The translations under genes and the position numbers were made by a program. From a virus (Duplodnaviria > Caudoviricetes), in IMG/VR virus record IMGVR_UViG_3300042870_001240: a DNA stretch of 64,000 bases; one strand, 5' to 3'. Shown piece after piece: positions 37,141 to 47,140 of this stretch; the first letter of the stretch is position 1; every line of letters begins with the position of its first letter. A model generated the notes under the pieces. It did no database searches and was not told the origin of the DNA. It saw only the letters and a list, made by a program, of their open reading frames with translations.

Positions 37141-37245
37141 GATAATATATCCCAAAAAATAAGAAAAGTGTGTCAAAAATAAATAATTCCGACAATTTTA
37201 TTGATAAAATCCAAAATCTCCTATATTATTATAAAAAAGAAACAA

Positions 37246-37389
37246 ATGGAAAATAAAGAAGAATGTAAAACATGTAAAAAAGGATTATCAGGTATGCACT
37301 GGACAATGATTATAGTATCATTCTATATATTATTTGCGTCAATTTACGGTACAGTTAAATTAATCGGTGAAATTATGTCTAATTTTTAG
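37246..37389 (+). CDS. Small membrane protein with CxxC
   Basis: [12 protein letters not shown] plus one TM segment. Confidence 0.55.
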   Translation: MENKEECKTCKKGLSGMHWTMIIVSFYILFASIYGTVKLIGEIMSNF

Positions 37390-38305
37390 ACCTTTTAAAC
37401 TTCACAAATAACTTAACAAACAAATCCCCAACACCATTACTTTTAAACCCTTTCGATTTAACTCTTAAGGGTTTTGACGTATCAAAATCTTCGGGTAAAT
37501 TAATCAATATGTTTCCAGATGGATGTGGTATTTCTAAATTGTCCTTACTTAAATCCTCCAAAGTTAAAAACGCATTATATACCAAATCATTCTCACTCTT
37601 CTCAAAGTTACCTTCGGGCACCATTTTAACTCTTATAACTAAATTACCATAAACACCGTTATTGTAGTCTCCCTTACCTTGCATCTTGAAGAACTGTCCG
37701 TCATCCACACCATGAGGTAACTTTATTTTAATGGTTTCCATTTCAGTCATTGTCGCACTCCCATTACAAACCCCACATCTTGTTTTAAAGACTTGTCCTT
37801 CACCTCTACAATCATTACATGGTTGTCTGAACACTTGAGTAAATAAACCTGTTCCCATCGTCACAGTAGTATATCCACCACCATTACACTTAATACATGT
37901 TTTTTTATCTCCACCCGTTCCATTACAAGTATTACAACCGTGTTTTCGACTATATGTAATAATCTTATCGGAACCATTAAATGATTCTAATGTGCCAACA
38001 GTTATATCGATAACACTATCAGGTGCGGTTCTTCGTCTAGATTGGTAACCAGAATTAAAGAAATCTTCAAAAGGATTTCCACCACCAAAACCTCCAAATG
38101 GATTATTTTTTTGATTATCGTATTGTCTTCTTTTATTCTCGTCACCTAACGTATCATAAGCTTCGGATATTTTTTTAAACGTTTCTTCATTCCCACCTTT
38201 GTCAGGGTGATGTTCAATCGCCATTTTTCTATAGGACTTTTTAATTTCTTCTTGTGTCGCTTTTTCATCGACACCCAACACTTGATAAAAATTTTCTGTA
38301 TTCAT
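37379..38305 (-). CDS. dnaJ: DnaJ chaperone
   Basis: J-domain HPD; CxxCxGxG repeats. Confidence 0.92.
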   Translation of the reverse strand: MNTENFYQVLGVDEKATQEEIKKSYRKMAIEHHPDKGGNEETFKKISEAYDTLGDENKRRQYDNQKNNPFGGFGGGNPFEDFFNSGYQSRRRTAPDSVIDITVGTLESFNGSDKIITYSRKHGCNTCNGTGGDKKTCIKCNGGGYTTVTMGTGLFTQVFRQPCNDCRGEGQVFKTRCGVCNGSATMTEMETIKIKLPHGVDDGQFFKMQGKGDYNNGVYGNLVIRVKMVPEGNFEKSENDLVYNAFLTLEDLSKDNLEIPHPSGNILINLPEDFDTSKPLRVKSKGFKSNGVGDLFVKLFVKFKRSKN

Positions 38306-38352
38306 TTACTTATCTATATATTATTTTTATTATTTTATAATTATTAATCATA

Positions 38353-39000
38353 ATGAATGATACCTATCAGGTTATTCTATTTAAGAATAAAGTAAAAAAG
38401 AAAATAATCAATAAATTCAAGACACATAAAAAGGCTTTTGAGTATTATAAATTACTTGTTAAAGAAAGTGATGAGGTGATTTATGATAAAGTTATGGAAA
38501 ATGGTGTAGTATCAGAATATGAACTATCATTAGTCGAACGGTCCTCATCGTTCCCCTCATCTTTATATATGAAAGATGATTATGGAAGACAAGTTAAAGT
38601 CTCTTTAGATGACTCTGAACTTACTATGATTAATATTACAAGATATCGAATTGAGGAATTGTTTTTAGATTATACAACAAATAAAAAGATTGATACACGT
38701 CAGTTCATTAAACAATACTTAGACCATACAGGATTTAAGTTAATATCGAAACTAAATAACAAAATCATCGTACAAAACGATGACAAATTTAATTTATTTA
38801 CATTAAAAACATCTGACGAATCTGAAAGATTTATCGATATTTTAACAAAAAAATTTAATGATGATGGTAGAAAGGATTGTTTACTAGTAAAGGATTACTC
38901 AACCCCTCAAAGAAAATATCTTTATGAACTACTAGTTAAAATGGGGTTTGAGAAATCTTATCTTCAGAGGAGTTCAACAACTTATCCTTCAAAAAAATAA
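38353..39000 (+). CDS. Hypothetical protein
   Basis: 215-aa ORF. Confidence 0.75.
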   Translation: MNDTYQVILFKNKVKKKIINKFKTHKKAFEYYKLLVKESDEVIYDKVMENGVVSEYELSLVERSSSFPSSLYMKDDYGRQVKVSLDDSELTMINITRYRIEELFLDYTTNKKIDTRQFIKQYLDHTGFKLISKLNNKIIVQNDDKFNLFTLKTSDESERFIDILTKKFNDDGRKDCLLVKDYSTPQRKYLYELLVKMGFEKSYLQRSSTTYPSKK

Positions 39001-39202
39001 ATTCAGTTCCTGAAATATCAATTTTAAATTGAGTAGTATTATTATCAAAATTATTTACTTGGGCTTTGGTTCTATTAAAATCTTCATCATTTAAACAAAA
39101 CACAACAACAGATTTTGCCTTAGGAAATATATCAACTAATGAGTCCGATAATACCGCAAATCTTTGTATCACCCCATTAACACCTTCTTTATTCTTTTCC
39201 AT
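38936..39202 (-). CDS. Hypothetical protein
   Basis: 88-aa ORF. Confidence 0.55.
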   Translation of the reverse strand: MEKNKEGVNGVIQRFAVLSDSLVDIFPKAKSVVVFCLNDEDFNRTKAQVNNFDNNTTQFKIDISGTEFIFLKDKLLNSSEDKISQTPF

Positions 39203-39363
39203 AGACTTAATTTTATATTTTCTTTTTTAGGAATTAATTCCTCTTTTTTATGTTTTTTGATTTCCTTAATTAAATCTAATTTACTTTTTTCAAGTAATAT
39301 TTGGTCTTTTCTATTCTCCTTTTCCAACCACTCCAGTTGTATCAAGTTCTTCTTCATTGTCAA
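39169..39363 (-). CDS. Hypothetical basic protein
   Basis: 64-aa ORF overlapping neighbours. Confidence 0.55.
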   Translation of the reverse strand: MTMKKNLIQLEWLEKENRKDQILLEKSKLDLIKEIKKHKKEELIPKKENIKLSLWKRIKKVLMG

Positions 39364-39745
39364 CTAATTCTATTTTATTTTGTTTAATATCAAAGTGTAA
39401 ACTTTTTAAATTACTTAAGTTTTGTTTTTCAAATATCATTTTTAACTCATTCACCTTTGAGTCAAATAGTTTTTCTTTTTCCTCTCTTTCAAGATTGTAT
39501 TTTATAATATTTTGAATATTACCGGAAACTTTTTCAACATCTTCTTCAGTTATTTCTGACACAAACGAAAATAATCTTTCATTTGGTATTGTTGTAGTTT
39601 GTTCCATAACTTTTTCCTCATTTACAAATTTCTTAGGTAGTTTCCACGTATTTGGAAAACTAACATCAAAAGTTAGATAAGTTTTAATTTTCCTAACAGA
39701 CTGTAGGTAAGGAAATAGTATCGAGAATTCTTTATATAAGCTCAT
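39311..39745 (-). CDS. Hypothetical protein
   Basis: 144-aa ORF. Confidence 0.7.
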   Translation of the reverse strand: MSLYKEFSILFPYLQSVRKIKTYLTFDVSFPNTWKLPKKFVNEEKVMEQTTTIPNERLFSFVSEITEEDVEKVSGNIQNIIKYNLEREEKEKLFDSKVNELKMIFEKQNLSNLKSLHFDIKQNKIELVDNEEELDTTGVVGKGE

Positions 39746-39747
39746 AA

Positions 39748-39945
39748 TTAATTTTGTATTAAATAAGTTAAGGTGTAGGTAACCGCCAATCCTAAGGATA
39801 TAAGTTCCCTTCCACTTAACACCAATTTAGTTGGTGGTGATTGTGATAGGGCACTTACAAACCTAAAAACCGTTCTTACCACGGTTAATACCGAAAAGAT
39901 AAATATAAATAAAAATATACTATCTAAATTATTCATTATCGGCAC
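39748..39945 (-). CDS. Small membrane protein
   Basis: Two TM segments. Confidence 0.6.
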   Translation of the reverse strand: MPIMNNLDSIFLFIFIFSVLTVVRTVFRFVSALSQSPPTKLVLSGRELISLGLAVTYTLTYLIQN

Positions 39946-40111
39946 TTTTGTTTTCTTCCAAAATTTCTTTTCTCAAAGTTTGTAATAAGTCTTTTAACAC
40001 TTGTGCAGTTTTTCTAGCACGAGTTCCAGCGCTTTTATTCCCTTTGAAGAATTTTGTGGTATTAGCCGACAATTCTTCTGTCATTGTTTTAATTTTTTCT
40101 AATGTTTCCAT
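39929..40111 (-). CDS. Histone H1-like (Hc1-like) protein, Bacteroidota type
   Basis: KGNKSAGTRARK...LRKE. Confidence 0.75.
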   Translation of the reverse strand: METLEKIKTMTEELSANTTKFFKGNKSAGTRARKTAQVLKDLLQTLRKEILEENKSADNE

Positions 40112-40187
40112 TTGATTTTATTTATTAATTTTATTACTGATAAAGTAAACTTTTTTTACTCTATAGTAAACAATACACATATTTTTT

Positions 40188-40655
40188 TTATTTTTTCATA
40201 TGTTTATCCAACATCTTATAAATTGAAGATATCATATCAATATCAGATTTAGTGAAGGGTTTTTTTGTGTCAAATAAATCACTGAAAAAACTTCCGATAG
40301 ATTTTCTAATCTTTTCATCTTTCTGATTATAAAAAATTTCATCAAAGAATGACTTGAAATAATCAAAATGTTCACCATCATATTCAAAAATTAATTCTTC
40401 CTTTTTAAAATTGTCAATGATTTTATTCCAACACCATTCAAAGTGTCGTTGATTATCATCCTCACTTAAAGTTATTTTAGTTTCATTTGATTTTGGTGGT
40501 TCCCCTAAATAAGTGTCAACTATTAAAATATTCAATGAGTGACTAAAATCAGAAAATAATTCCAATTTTTCGGGAATAATATTATTACTCCTGAACCAAA
40601 GGTCTACCTCTTCGGGGGTTAATGGTTTTGTTATATAATTAAAAAAATTCTCCAT
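40188..40655 (-). CDS. Hypothetical protein
   Basis: 155-aa ORF. Confidence 0.75.
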   Translation of the reverse strand: MENFFNYITKPLTPEEVDLWFRSNNIIPEKLELFSDFSHSLNILIVDTYLGEPPKSNETKITLSEDDNQRHFEWCWNKIIDNFKKEELIFEYDGEHFDYFKSFFDEIFYNQKDEKIRKSIGSFFSDLFDTKKPFTKSDIDMISSIYKMLDKHMKK

Positions 40656-40703
40656 AAGAAATGTCTTATGGAGAAAATATAATAACTATTATTTAAATGT
40701 ATA

Positions 40704-42191
40704 TTACTGAGTCTTTCTATCGTATGAAATTAATGATTTCATTTTTTCAAATTCTTCATTTAACTTCTTATCTGTTTTTGATTCAGTTGATTCAACTTTA
40801 ATGTCTAACCCTTTTCCTGACTCTTGACCTGGTTTATCTGTAACGACAGGTTGGGGTGATTTATTTGCCGCCATTCTTTTAGCTTTAGCAAATTTATTTT
40901 CTTTTCGTTTTTTATTAAGTTTTGCCCCTAATTCAGTTTTTTCAGCATTTATCCATTCAGGATTATTACCTGTTCTTGAAGACCCTTCGATATTATCTTT
41001 CATCCAATCTTCATTGGGATGTATTTCATCGTAATCAAGATTTTCCATACCAGGTCTCATGTAATCATCCAAAAATTCTTCACCATCTTTAGAAACTTCG
41101 TAAGCCATTTTTTTCATTTTTGCTAATCCACCATTACTTTTTGGGAAATGTTTAGGGTTTGTTTCGTAATCCCCTTTAGAACCGTCTTTTAAGTATTCTT
41201 TCATTTTCTTAGCAACAGATTTGATATAATCATCATTCTCTTTACCAGAACCTTTAAACGCTCTTTTATATGTGGTTAATCCTTTAGGTTCGGTTAAATT
41301 TTTAATATTAGATTTTACTTTGTCCTCTAATACAATTTTTTCAATCAAATCAATCATTTCTGATTCAGATAACTTAAGAGATTTTTTTAATTTAACACCT
41401 CTACCCATTAATACATCTTTACGAGTTACTTTACCGTCACCACTCAAATCAGGAAATTTTTTCTTACTTTCATTACTTTCACCAAACGCTTTATCTAATG
41501 CCCAAGTAGCAACCGATGGTGCCGCTGCAACTGCCATATCCGCAGCTAAAGCTTGCCATTGTTCATCCGTTTCTCCACCTTTTCTCAACATTCTGAAGTC
41601 TTCCGCATCAATCTTATTGTTTTTGTTCTTATCAATTTTTTTTTGATTACCTCGTAATCTTTCATTCATATTCATTTCCATACCTAAACATTTTTCTTGG
41701 TATCTCTCATCTTCAGGTCCGAACATTTTTTTCTGATATCTACAAAATTCACTATTTTCCTCTTCTTTTTCAGATTTTTCCTCTTCAAAATCAACATCAT
41801 CTTCTTCTTGGACATAATCGAACGATTGTTTTTTAGGAAAGTTTTTGGATACATCATAGATATCTTCATCCATATATGATTTACCACATTCCATACATTC
41901 ACCTTCATACATACCTCCACCACATTCACAAACTTCAGATTCTTCATCAAGTTCATTCCATTTCTCTTCATCGTCAGAACTCATTCCACCTCTAACAGGT
42001 TTCTTTAATAAGTCCTCGATTTCTTCATCAGTCATTTTTGATAAGTTAGGTTTATCAGACTTACGATGGTCATCATCCATTCCACCTAACTCATTTATTT
42101 TAGAAACTAAACTATTCGCTCTACCTTCTAAAGTTTCATTGATAATTTTACTCACTAAGTTATCAATATATGTGCTGTTAATTTTTTTCAT
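40704..42191 (-). CDS. Probable head/scaffold-associated protein with EF-hand-like loops
   Basis: IDKNKNNKIDAEDF, PDLSGDGKVTRKD, CECGG. Confidence 0.55.
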   Translation of the reverse strand: MKKINSTYIDNLVSKIINETLEGRANSLVSKINELGGMDDDHRKSDKPNLSKMTDEEIEDLLKKPVRGGMSSDDEEKWNELDEESEVCECGGGMYEGECMECGKSYMDEDIYDVSKNFPKKQSFDYVQEEDDVDFEEEKSEKEEENSEFCRYQKKMFGPEDERYQEKCLGMEMNMNERLRGNQKKIDKNKNNKIDAEDFRMLRKGGETDEQWQALAADMAVAAAPSVATWALDKAFGESNESKKKFPDLSGDGKVTRKDVLMGRGVKLKKSLKLSESEMIDLIEKIVLEDKVKSNIKNLTEPKGLTTYKRAFKGSGKENDDYIKSVAKKMKEYLKDGSKGDYETNPKHFPKSNGGLAKMKKMAYEVSKDGEEFLDDYMRPGMENLDYDEIHPNEDWMKDNIEGSSRTGNNPEWINAEKTELGAKLNKKRKENKFAKAKRMAANKSPQPVVTDKPGQESGKGLDIKVESTESKTDKKLNEEFEKMKSLISYDRKTQ

Positions 42192-42224
42192 GTTACTTTT
42201 TATTTAATAAATATCTTAAAATTT

Positions 42225-43151
42225 TTATTTGACATTATAATATTCATAAGACAAGATGGATTTAATAACATTTTCACTAATTCCGTGTTTCTCACTTATA
42301 TTTTTAATTACTTTTTTAAAGGTTTCATTCTCAAATATGTTCAAGGCTTTAATATCCCCCTGATTACAATATGGGAATTTTTTACATTTCTCTTTTACTT
42401 GAACAAACTTTCCTCCAGGGATTTGAGTTTTAGATTTACCTCTCCAATCTTTTTTATTGGTTGATTTCGCCCAAGCGGCAGTTGTTACATAAGACCCTGA
42501 GGAGGCCGAACCAGTCGCTTCTTTAGTTTCAACTTTTTTAACTTTTCCTTGACAGTGAGCCTTTTGACTAAACCCTTTTGGATTATCACAATCAATACTG
42601 TCTTTATATTTCTTAGACCATTTTTCTTCAACTTCTTCACTTTCTTTGATAGGAACACAATTAGGAACTTTTTTACCGTTCTTGTCTTTCATACCATTTT
42701 GTTTATACCCTTTCCAACATGACTCATTCATAGACTTTATTGGTTTTGGAGCCTCGTCTGAGAACATGGTTAACTTTGGAGCTTTGAAGGATGTTTGTTT
42801 CATCTCTTCCATTTCTTTTTTAGTGACCGAAAATAGTGGTGCCGAGTATCCTCCCGCAGAACCTGAACCTGTTGATTCTTTAGATTCTCCACCGATAAAA
42901 CTATACATCTTTCCAATAGGTTTATCTAATTTAGGTGTTCCAACTATTTTGTCAGATACTCCTCTTTTTATTTTTCGTTTAATCACTTGTTCTTTTTTGT
43001 TTTTATCTTTATTTTCACCAAGACTTCCAAGAGCGTTGTTAAAATCGTTTTGATTTTGCATTCTTTCGACAGGGTCAACACCACCAGTTTCACCAAATCT
43101 TTTATTCATGGTAATTTTTAAATTTGTAGTTAAATTTTCGTTGATTTTCAT
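42225..43151 (-). CDS. Probable virion protein with Cys micro-modules
   Basis: CWKGYK...VPNCVP; KWSKKYKDSIDCDNPKGFSQKAHC. Confidence 0.55.
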   Translation of the reverse strand: MKINENLTTNLKITMNKRFGETGGVDPVERMQNQNDFNNALGSLGENKDKNKKEQVIKRKIKRGVSDKIVGTPKLDKPIGKMYSFIGGESKESTGSGSAGGYSAPLFSVTKKEMEEMKQTSFKAPKLTMFSDEAPKPIKSMNESCWKGYKQNGMKDKNGKKVPNCVPIKESEEVEEKWSKKYKDSIDCDNPKGFSQKAHCQGKVKKVETKEATGSASSGSYVTTAAWAKSTNKKDWRGKSKTQIPGGKFVQVKEKCKKFPYCNQGDIKALNIFENETFKKVIKNISEKHGISENVIKSILSYEYYNVK

Positions 43152-43152
43152 A

Positions 43153-43398
43153 TTAAGCGTTTTTTAATCTAGGTGCCCAATACCCTCTCTGAGTATACAT
43201 AAATTGATAAAATTCACTGAAAACTCGAATAACAATGTCTTTAACATCCCCTTCAAGTTTTCCTCGTCTAATCTCTTTTGATAAGGTATCCATTAGTTTA
43301 TCTTCGTATTGTTTCATAGTATTATTCCCCATGAAATCTTTAATTTCTTTACGAATTATTACTTCAATTTGTTTTTTATCGGTATCAGTTAACGCCAT
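43153..43398 (-). CDS. Hypothetical protein
   Basis: 81-aa ORF. Confidence 0.7.
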   Translation of the reverse strand: MALTDTDKKQIEVIIRKEIKDFMGNNTMKQYEDKLMDTLSKEIRRGKLEGDVKDIVIRVFSEFYQFMYTQRGYWAPRLKNA

Positions 43399-43399
43399 C

Positions 43400-44032
43400 T
43401 TATTTTTTTAATTTAATCTTCCAATAAATACCTCCTTGGATTGAAACGGTTTTTGCATTACTGTATCCAATCCCAATTGAATATACCTTATCTTTTTTAT
43501 CTTTAATTAGTAGAGATGGTCCAACAAAATTTACTATATTGACTTTGTCGAATCCAGCAACTCCACCAATAAATACCATAACTTTAGGTGGTTGTTCTAA
43601 ATACAATGTTTCTTTAATTGTTATTTTATTTACATGTGAAACAAATGTTCTATTTAAAATTTTATTTTTAAATATGGTATCGTTAATTGTAATAAACCCT
43701 AATCCCTCAGTAAGTTTAACCGTATCTTTATAAGGATATTTGGTATAATAATCTCGTAAGATTGCCACAGTATCAACATTAGTAGGCACTTTTACATAAA
43801 CAGGTTTATCAACAAAAATAACCTCACCCGGTCTATAAACAACTTGTTTTACGGGTTTATATACCGTATCAATGTCATGTTTAACCACAACGTATTTTTT
43901 ACCATTAACTTTAATTGTTCCCCCTTTTTTAGGTTTTACTGTTGAGGTGCACGCCCTCATTAATAAGATAACAATAATTAATACCAAGATTAATATTGTT
44001 TTTAAATCTAATTTTTTTAAAAAATATATCAT
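43400..44032 (-). CDS. Membrane-anchored protein, spanin candidate
   Basis: N-terminal TM, DTV/DTI repeats, located in the lysis cluster. Confidence 0.45.
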   Translation of the reverse strand: MIYFLKKLDLKTILILVLIIVILLMRACTSTVKPKKGGTIKVNGKKYVVVKHDIDTVYKPVKQVVYRPGEVIFVDKPVYVKVPTNVDTVAILRDYYTKYPYKDTVKLTEGLGFITINDTIFKNKILNRTFVSHVNKITIKETLYLEQPPKVMVFIGGVAGFDKVNIVNFVGPSLLIKDKKDKVYSIGIGYSNAKTVSIQGGIYWKIKLKK

Positions 44033-44643
44033 TAGTCTGTTTTTTTAGTTTTCTTTCTTGATGCTAATATTGTTGCCCACTTTGATTTAAATTTTTCATA
44101 ATAAGACTTTAGTTTTGTAACAAACTCAATAAACTTATCATCCATTTTCATCATTTCACCATCAATATAAATACCATTCTCTTCTCCAATTGAATATGTA
44201 AATTCAACATCAAAGTCGATAATTTTACCTGACCACTCAATATTATTTGGGTAGACGTTTAACTTATTAAAATCCACTAAGTCAGATACTTCAGTAACAA
44301 ATTCATCCATGGTTTCCTGAAAGGCGATTTTTTCATCAGTGGTTAATTCTAATTCAGTTTGGGTTTTTCCGTGTAACACCAAAATACCCCCTGAAATTCT
44401 ATATCCTTGTGATTTATCTTTCTCAGGAGTTTTTTCGTCATTATCATAATTAATAGCAGTTTCTATCTCATCACCAACATTAAATTTTTTAGTTATATCA
44501 CCAGATGTCATATTAACATCTTGTTCAGTTAAGATACCATACTGTTTCTTAATACTTATGGATTCTTTTAATGTCTCAGAGTTAGAAAGCATAGTTCTTG
44601 ACGCCTTCAATAAGTTTTTTATTTCATCATGTGAGTTGTTCAT
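44032..44643 (-). CDS. Hypothetical protein
   Basis: 203-aa ORF. Confidence 0.75.
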   Translation of the reverse strand: MNNSHDEIKNLLKASRTMLSNSETLKESISIKKQYGILTEQDVNMTSGDITKKFNVGDEIETAINYDNDEKTPEKDKSQGYRISGGILVLHGKTQTELELTTDEKIAFQETMDEFVTEVSDLVDFNKLNVYPNNIEWSGKIIDFDVEFTYSIGEENGIYIDGEMMKMDDKFIEFVTKLKSYYEKFKSKWATILASRKKTKKTD

Positions 44644-45232
44644 TTTCTATTTTTTTTAAAAATTTTTCAAAATTAAAGGCCGGACTAACATCGGTAAAAT
44701 TAGAATCAAAATTACTTTTGGTTACCACTCCTTCAAACTTTTCAATACCATTTATTCTCGTATTATGTCCAATAACATTATCCTTTATCCCCAACTCATT
44801 AAACAACATTTTACATAAAATAACTGTAGAATCTATTTGTTTTTCTGTGTATGGTTCCCAAAAGAAATAATCTCTCCATTTTTTTTCGAACACATTACCT
44901 TTATAAATATCGCCAATCCAGTTAACGTAATAATCTTTTAGCGGTTCTTTTTGTAACCACCCTAAATTTTCCAATACAATAACCACTGAATTTTGATTTA
45001 CATTAGTTTCGGATAAGAATTTTGAGTGTTCGGTGTTTGAAAGTAGGTTTAATACCTTACCTTCTTTGGTAATAACGTAATTCGGAATCTTAGGGTTTTT
45101 CCCGTTATACCTAAATTTTAAAGATTGTAAATAATTTTCAACGTTTCTTGAGGTGTGAGAAAGAATAATTTGATGTTTCTTTTTCTGTTTACCTAACGGT
45201 TTAAAGTTCCCATATTTTATTATATCGACCAT
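44627..45232 (-). CDS. N-acetylmuramoyl-L-alanine amidase (Amidase_2) endolysin
   Basis: ILSHT, NYVITKEG, NQNSVVIVLEN, YTEKQ, IGHN, DVSP. Confidence 0.8.
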   Translation of the reverse strand: MVDIIKYGNFKPLGKQKKKHQIILSHTSRNVENYLQSLKFRYNGKNPKIPNYVITKEGKVLNLLSNTEHSKFLSETNVNQNSVVIVLENLGWLQKEPLKDYYVNWIGDIYKGNVFEKKWRDYFFWEPYTEKQIDSTVILCKMLFNELGIKDNVIGHNTRINGIEKFEGVVTKSNFDSNFTDVSPAFNFEKFLKKIENEQLT

Positions 45233-45242
45233 TTAACATAAC

Positions 45243-45950
45243 TTAAAGGTTTATTAAATTAACTGGTTTACTATAGGTTAATCTTCTAACCCCATCATTG
45301 GTTGTTGTTGTTGTGATATTAGATATTAGATTTTCTTGGATGTCAAAGTATCTTAATGATTCCTCATCCATTATCTCACCTATTTCCGCCTTCCCATCCA
45401 AATCATCCACCAAATCAGTTATTTGAGTCTCTGATTCAACTTTGGGAGTATCATGTACGGTATCATGTACGGTTGTAGAGTCAGGTTTATCATCTTCATA
45501 TTTAATAAAAAAGTGTAAAGATGTTAATGAAATGATAGGTAATAATCCGCCTTCCAAAAACGCCAACCATCTTTTAAGTGAAATAACATCAGTTATGTCC
45601 GTTCCAAACGCATCCCAAACAGGTGATGTTAATTCAACCCATGATTTAAATAAATCTCCATTGGCGTCAATTTCTTTATAGGAAAAGAATATGTTCCCTA
45701 TCATTTGAATAAAGGTCACTAACCCAAACATAAACCATACCCCTCCTTTAATCTTGTTAGTTGCGGCAACCAATGCAGTCATCGCACCAATCTCAATTGC
45801 GATAGATAGGTAGATAGCCCAACTTATTGGATTTGCAAGATTATACCAAGAAACAACGTGTGAAATTGAAATACCCGCTACTAAAAGTATTGGAACCAAA
45901 AACATGGCTCTATTCGGATTTAATTTAATCCATTCCCAAATTTTTTTCAT
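45243..45950 (-). CDS. Multi-TM membrane protein, holin candidate
   Basis: About four TM helices adjacent to the amidase. Confidence 0.5.
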   Translation of the reverse strand: MKKIWEWIKLNPNRAMFLVPILLVAGISISHVVSWYNLANPISWAIYLSIAIEIGAMTALVAATNKIKGGVWFMFGLVTFIQMIGNIFFSYKEIDANGDLFKSWVELTSPVWDAFGTDITDVISLKRWLAFLEGGLLPIISLTSLHFFIKYEDDKPDSTTVHDTVHDTPKVESETQITDLVDDLDGKAEIGEIMDEESLRYFDIQENLISNITTTTTNDGVRRLTYSKPVNLINL

Positions 45951-46276
45951 TTTTCTAAGTTTTTAAGATTTTGTTTAACAATCTTATGTAATTCCATTAA
46001 TTGTTCTCCTCTATTTTTAGATGAAATGTAGTTATCGTATTCGGTATGAATTTTGATTTTTTCAACTCTAATGACTTCAGAAATATTATTAATAGTGTCT
46101 TTCTGACCTTTTATAACTGTTGTCAAACTATCGATAACTTCAGTGGTTTTGGTTTTAGATTTTTCTAGTTTTCTAACCTCACTTGACTTGGAGCATGAAC
46201 GGAAGAAGAAAATGACCAACAAAGACGCTAAGATATGTATCTTATAATTTTTAACAAATTCAATAATTTTTTTCAT
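45947..46276 (-). CDS. Membrane/lipoprotein, spanin candidate
   Basis: Hydrophobic N-terminus, FRSC, coiled coil. Confidence 0.45.
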   Translation of the reverse strand: MKKIIEFVKNYKIHILASLLVIFFFRSCSKSSEVRKLEKSKTKTTEVIDSLTTVIKGQKDTINNISEVIRVEKIKIHTEYDNYISSKNRGEQLMELHKIVKQNLKNLEK

Positions 46277-46297
46277 AATATTTTTCTATAAAAGTAA

Positions 46298-46329
46298 AAA
46301 ACCTTCTATTATAATAAATAGAAGGTTTT
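46298..46329. terminator. 13-bp perfect hairpin
   Basis: AAAACCTTCTATT-ATAATA-AATAGAAGGTTTT. Confidence 0.7.
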
Positions 46330-46337
46330 AAACTTTT

Positions 46338-47138
46338 TTACATGTAGTCGAATAACACCGAACTATCATTCCTTAATTTTCGTAGTGCCTTTTCTTTTAT
46401 CTGTCTGACCCTCTCTTTCGTAAGACTGAAATCTCCACCAATATCCTCTAAAGTTCTTGGTGACCCAGAGATACCAAAATAATCCTCAATAATAACCTTT
46501 TCTCGGTCATCTAACGAATTTAATAAACCAATTAACTTAGACTTTAACAAATCCTTACTGTTGAATACTTCGTCAGGCATATCCGCGTCTTTATTTTTAA
46601 TGATGTCGAATAATGTATCACCTTCTTCATTAATATCTATATCAAGGTAAATCATTGATGGTAGTCCTTGGAATTTGGCATCTAAATCCCCACCATTAGA
46701 TTCTATCGCTTTTTTGGCTCTGTGTAAGTCTTGTACTACATTAACAGGAAGTCGAATGGTTCTCGCGTTGTCATTCAGTGACTGTAAGATTGATTGTTTA
46801 ACCCACCAAACAGCATAAGAGATAAATCTTAAATCTTTATTCCAATCAAAGTTTTTAATCGCCTTCATTAACCCAAAATTCCCTTCAGCAATTAAATCAG
46901 GGAAATCCAACCCTTGGTTTTGATACTGTTTTGCGACCGTAATTACAAATCGTAAATTACCCTCAAGCAACTCTTTATGAACCTTCTCTTTTTGAGAGTC
47001 TGTCAATGTTCCTGACTTCATCATCCCCGCTAATTCTTTTTCTCGTTGTGGGGTCATAACTTTTATCCTACGGATGTCCTTAAGATAGTGCTGAATTTCT
47101 TCTTGATTAATTATAATTCCTGTGTTTTTGTCTTTCAT
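46338..47138 (-). CDS. rpoD: RNA polymerase sigma factor, Bacteroidota RpoD-like
   Basis: NLRFVITVAKQYQNQGL, FISYAVWWVKQSILQ, LTKERVRQIKEKA; no region 1.1. Confidence 0.9.
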   Translation of the reverse strand: MKDKNTGIIINQEEIQHYLKDIRRIKVMTPQREKELAGMMKSGTLTDSQKEKVHKELLEGNLRFVITVAKQYQNQGLDFPDLIAEGNFGLMKAIKNFDWNKDLRFISYAVWWVKQSILQSLNDNARTIRLPVNVVQDLHRAKKAIESNGGDLDAKFQGLPSMIYLDIDINEEGDTLFDIIKNKDADMPDEVFNSKDLLKSKLIGLLNSLDDREKVIIEDYFGISGSPRTLEDIGGDFSLTKERVRQIKEKALRKLRNDSSVLFDYM

Positions 47139-47140
47139 AT

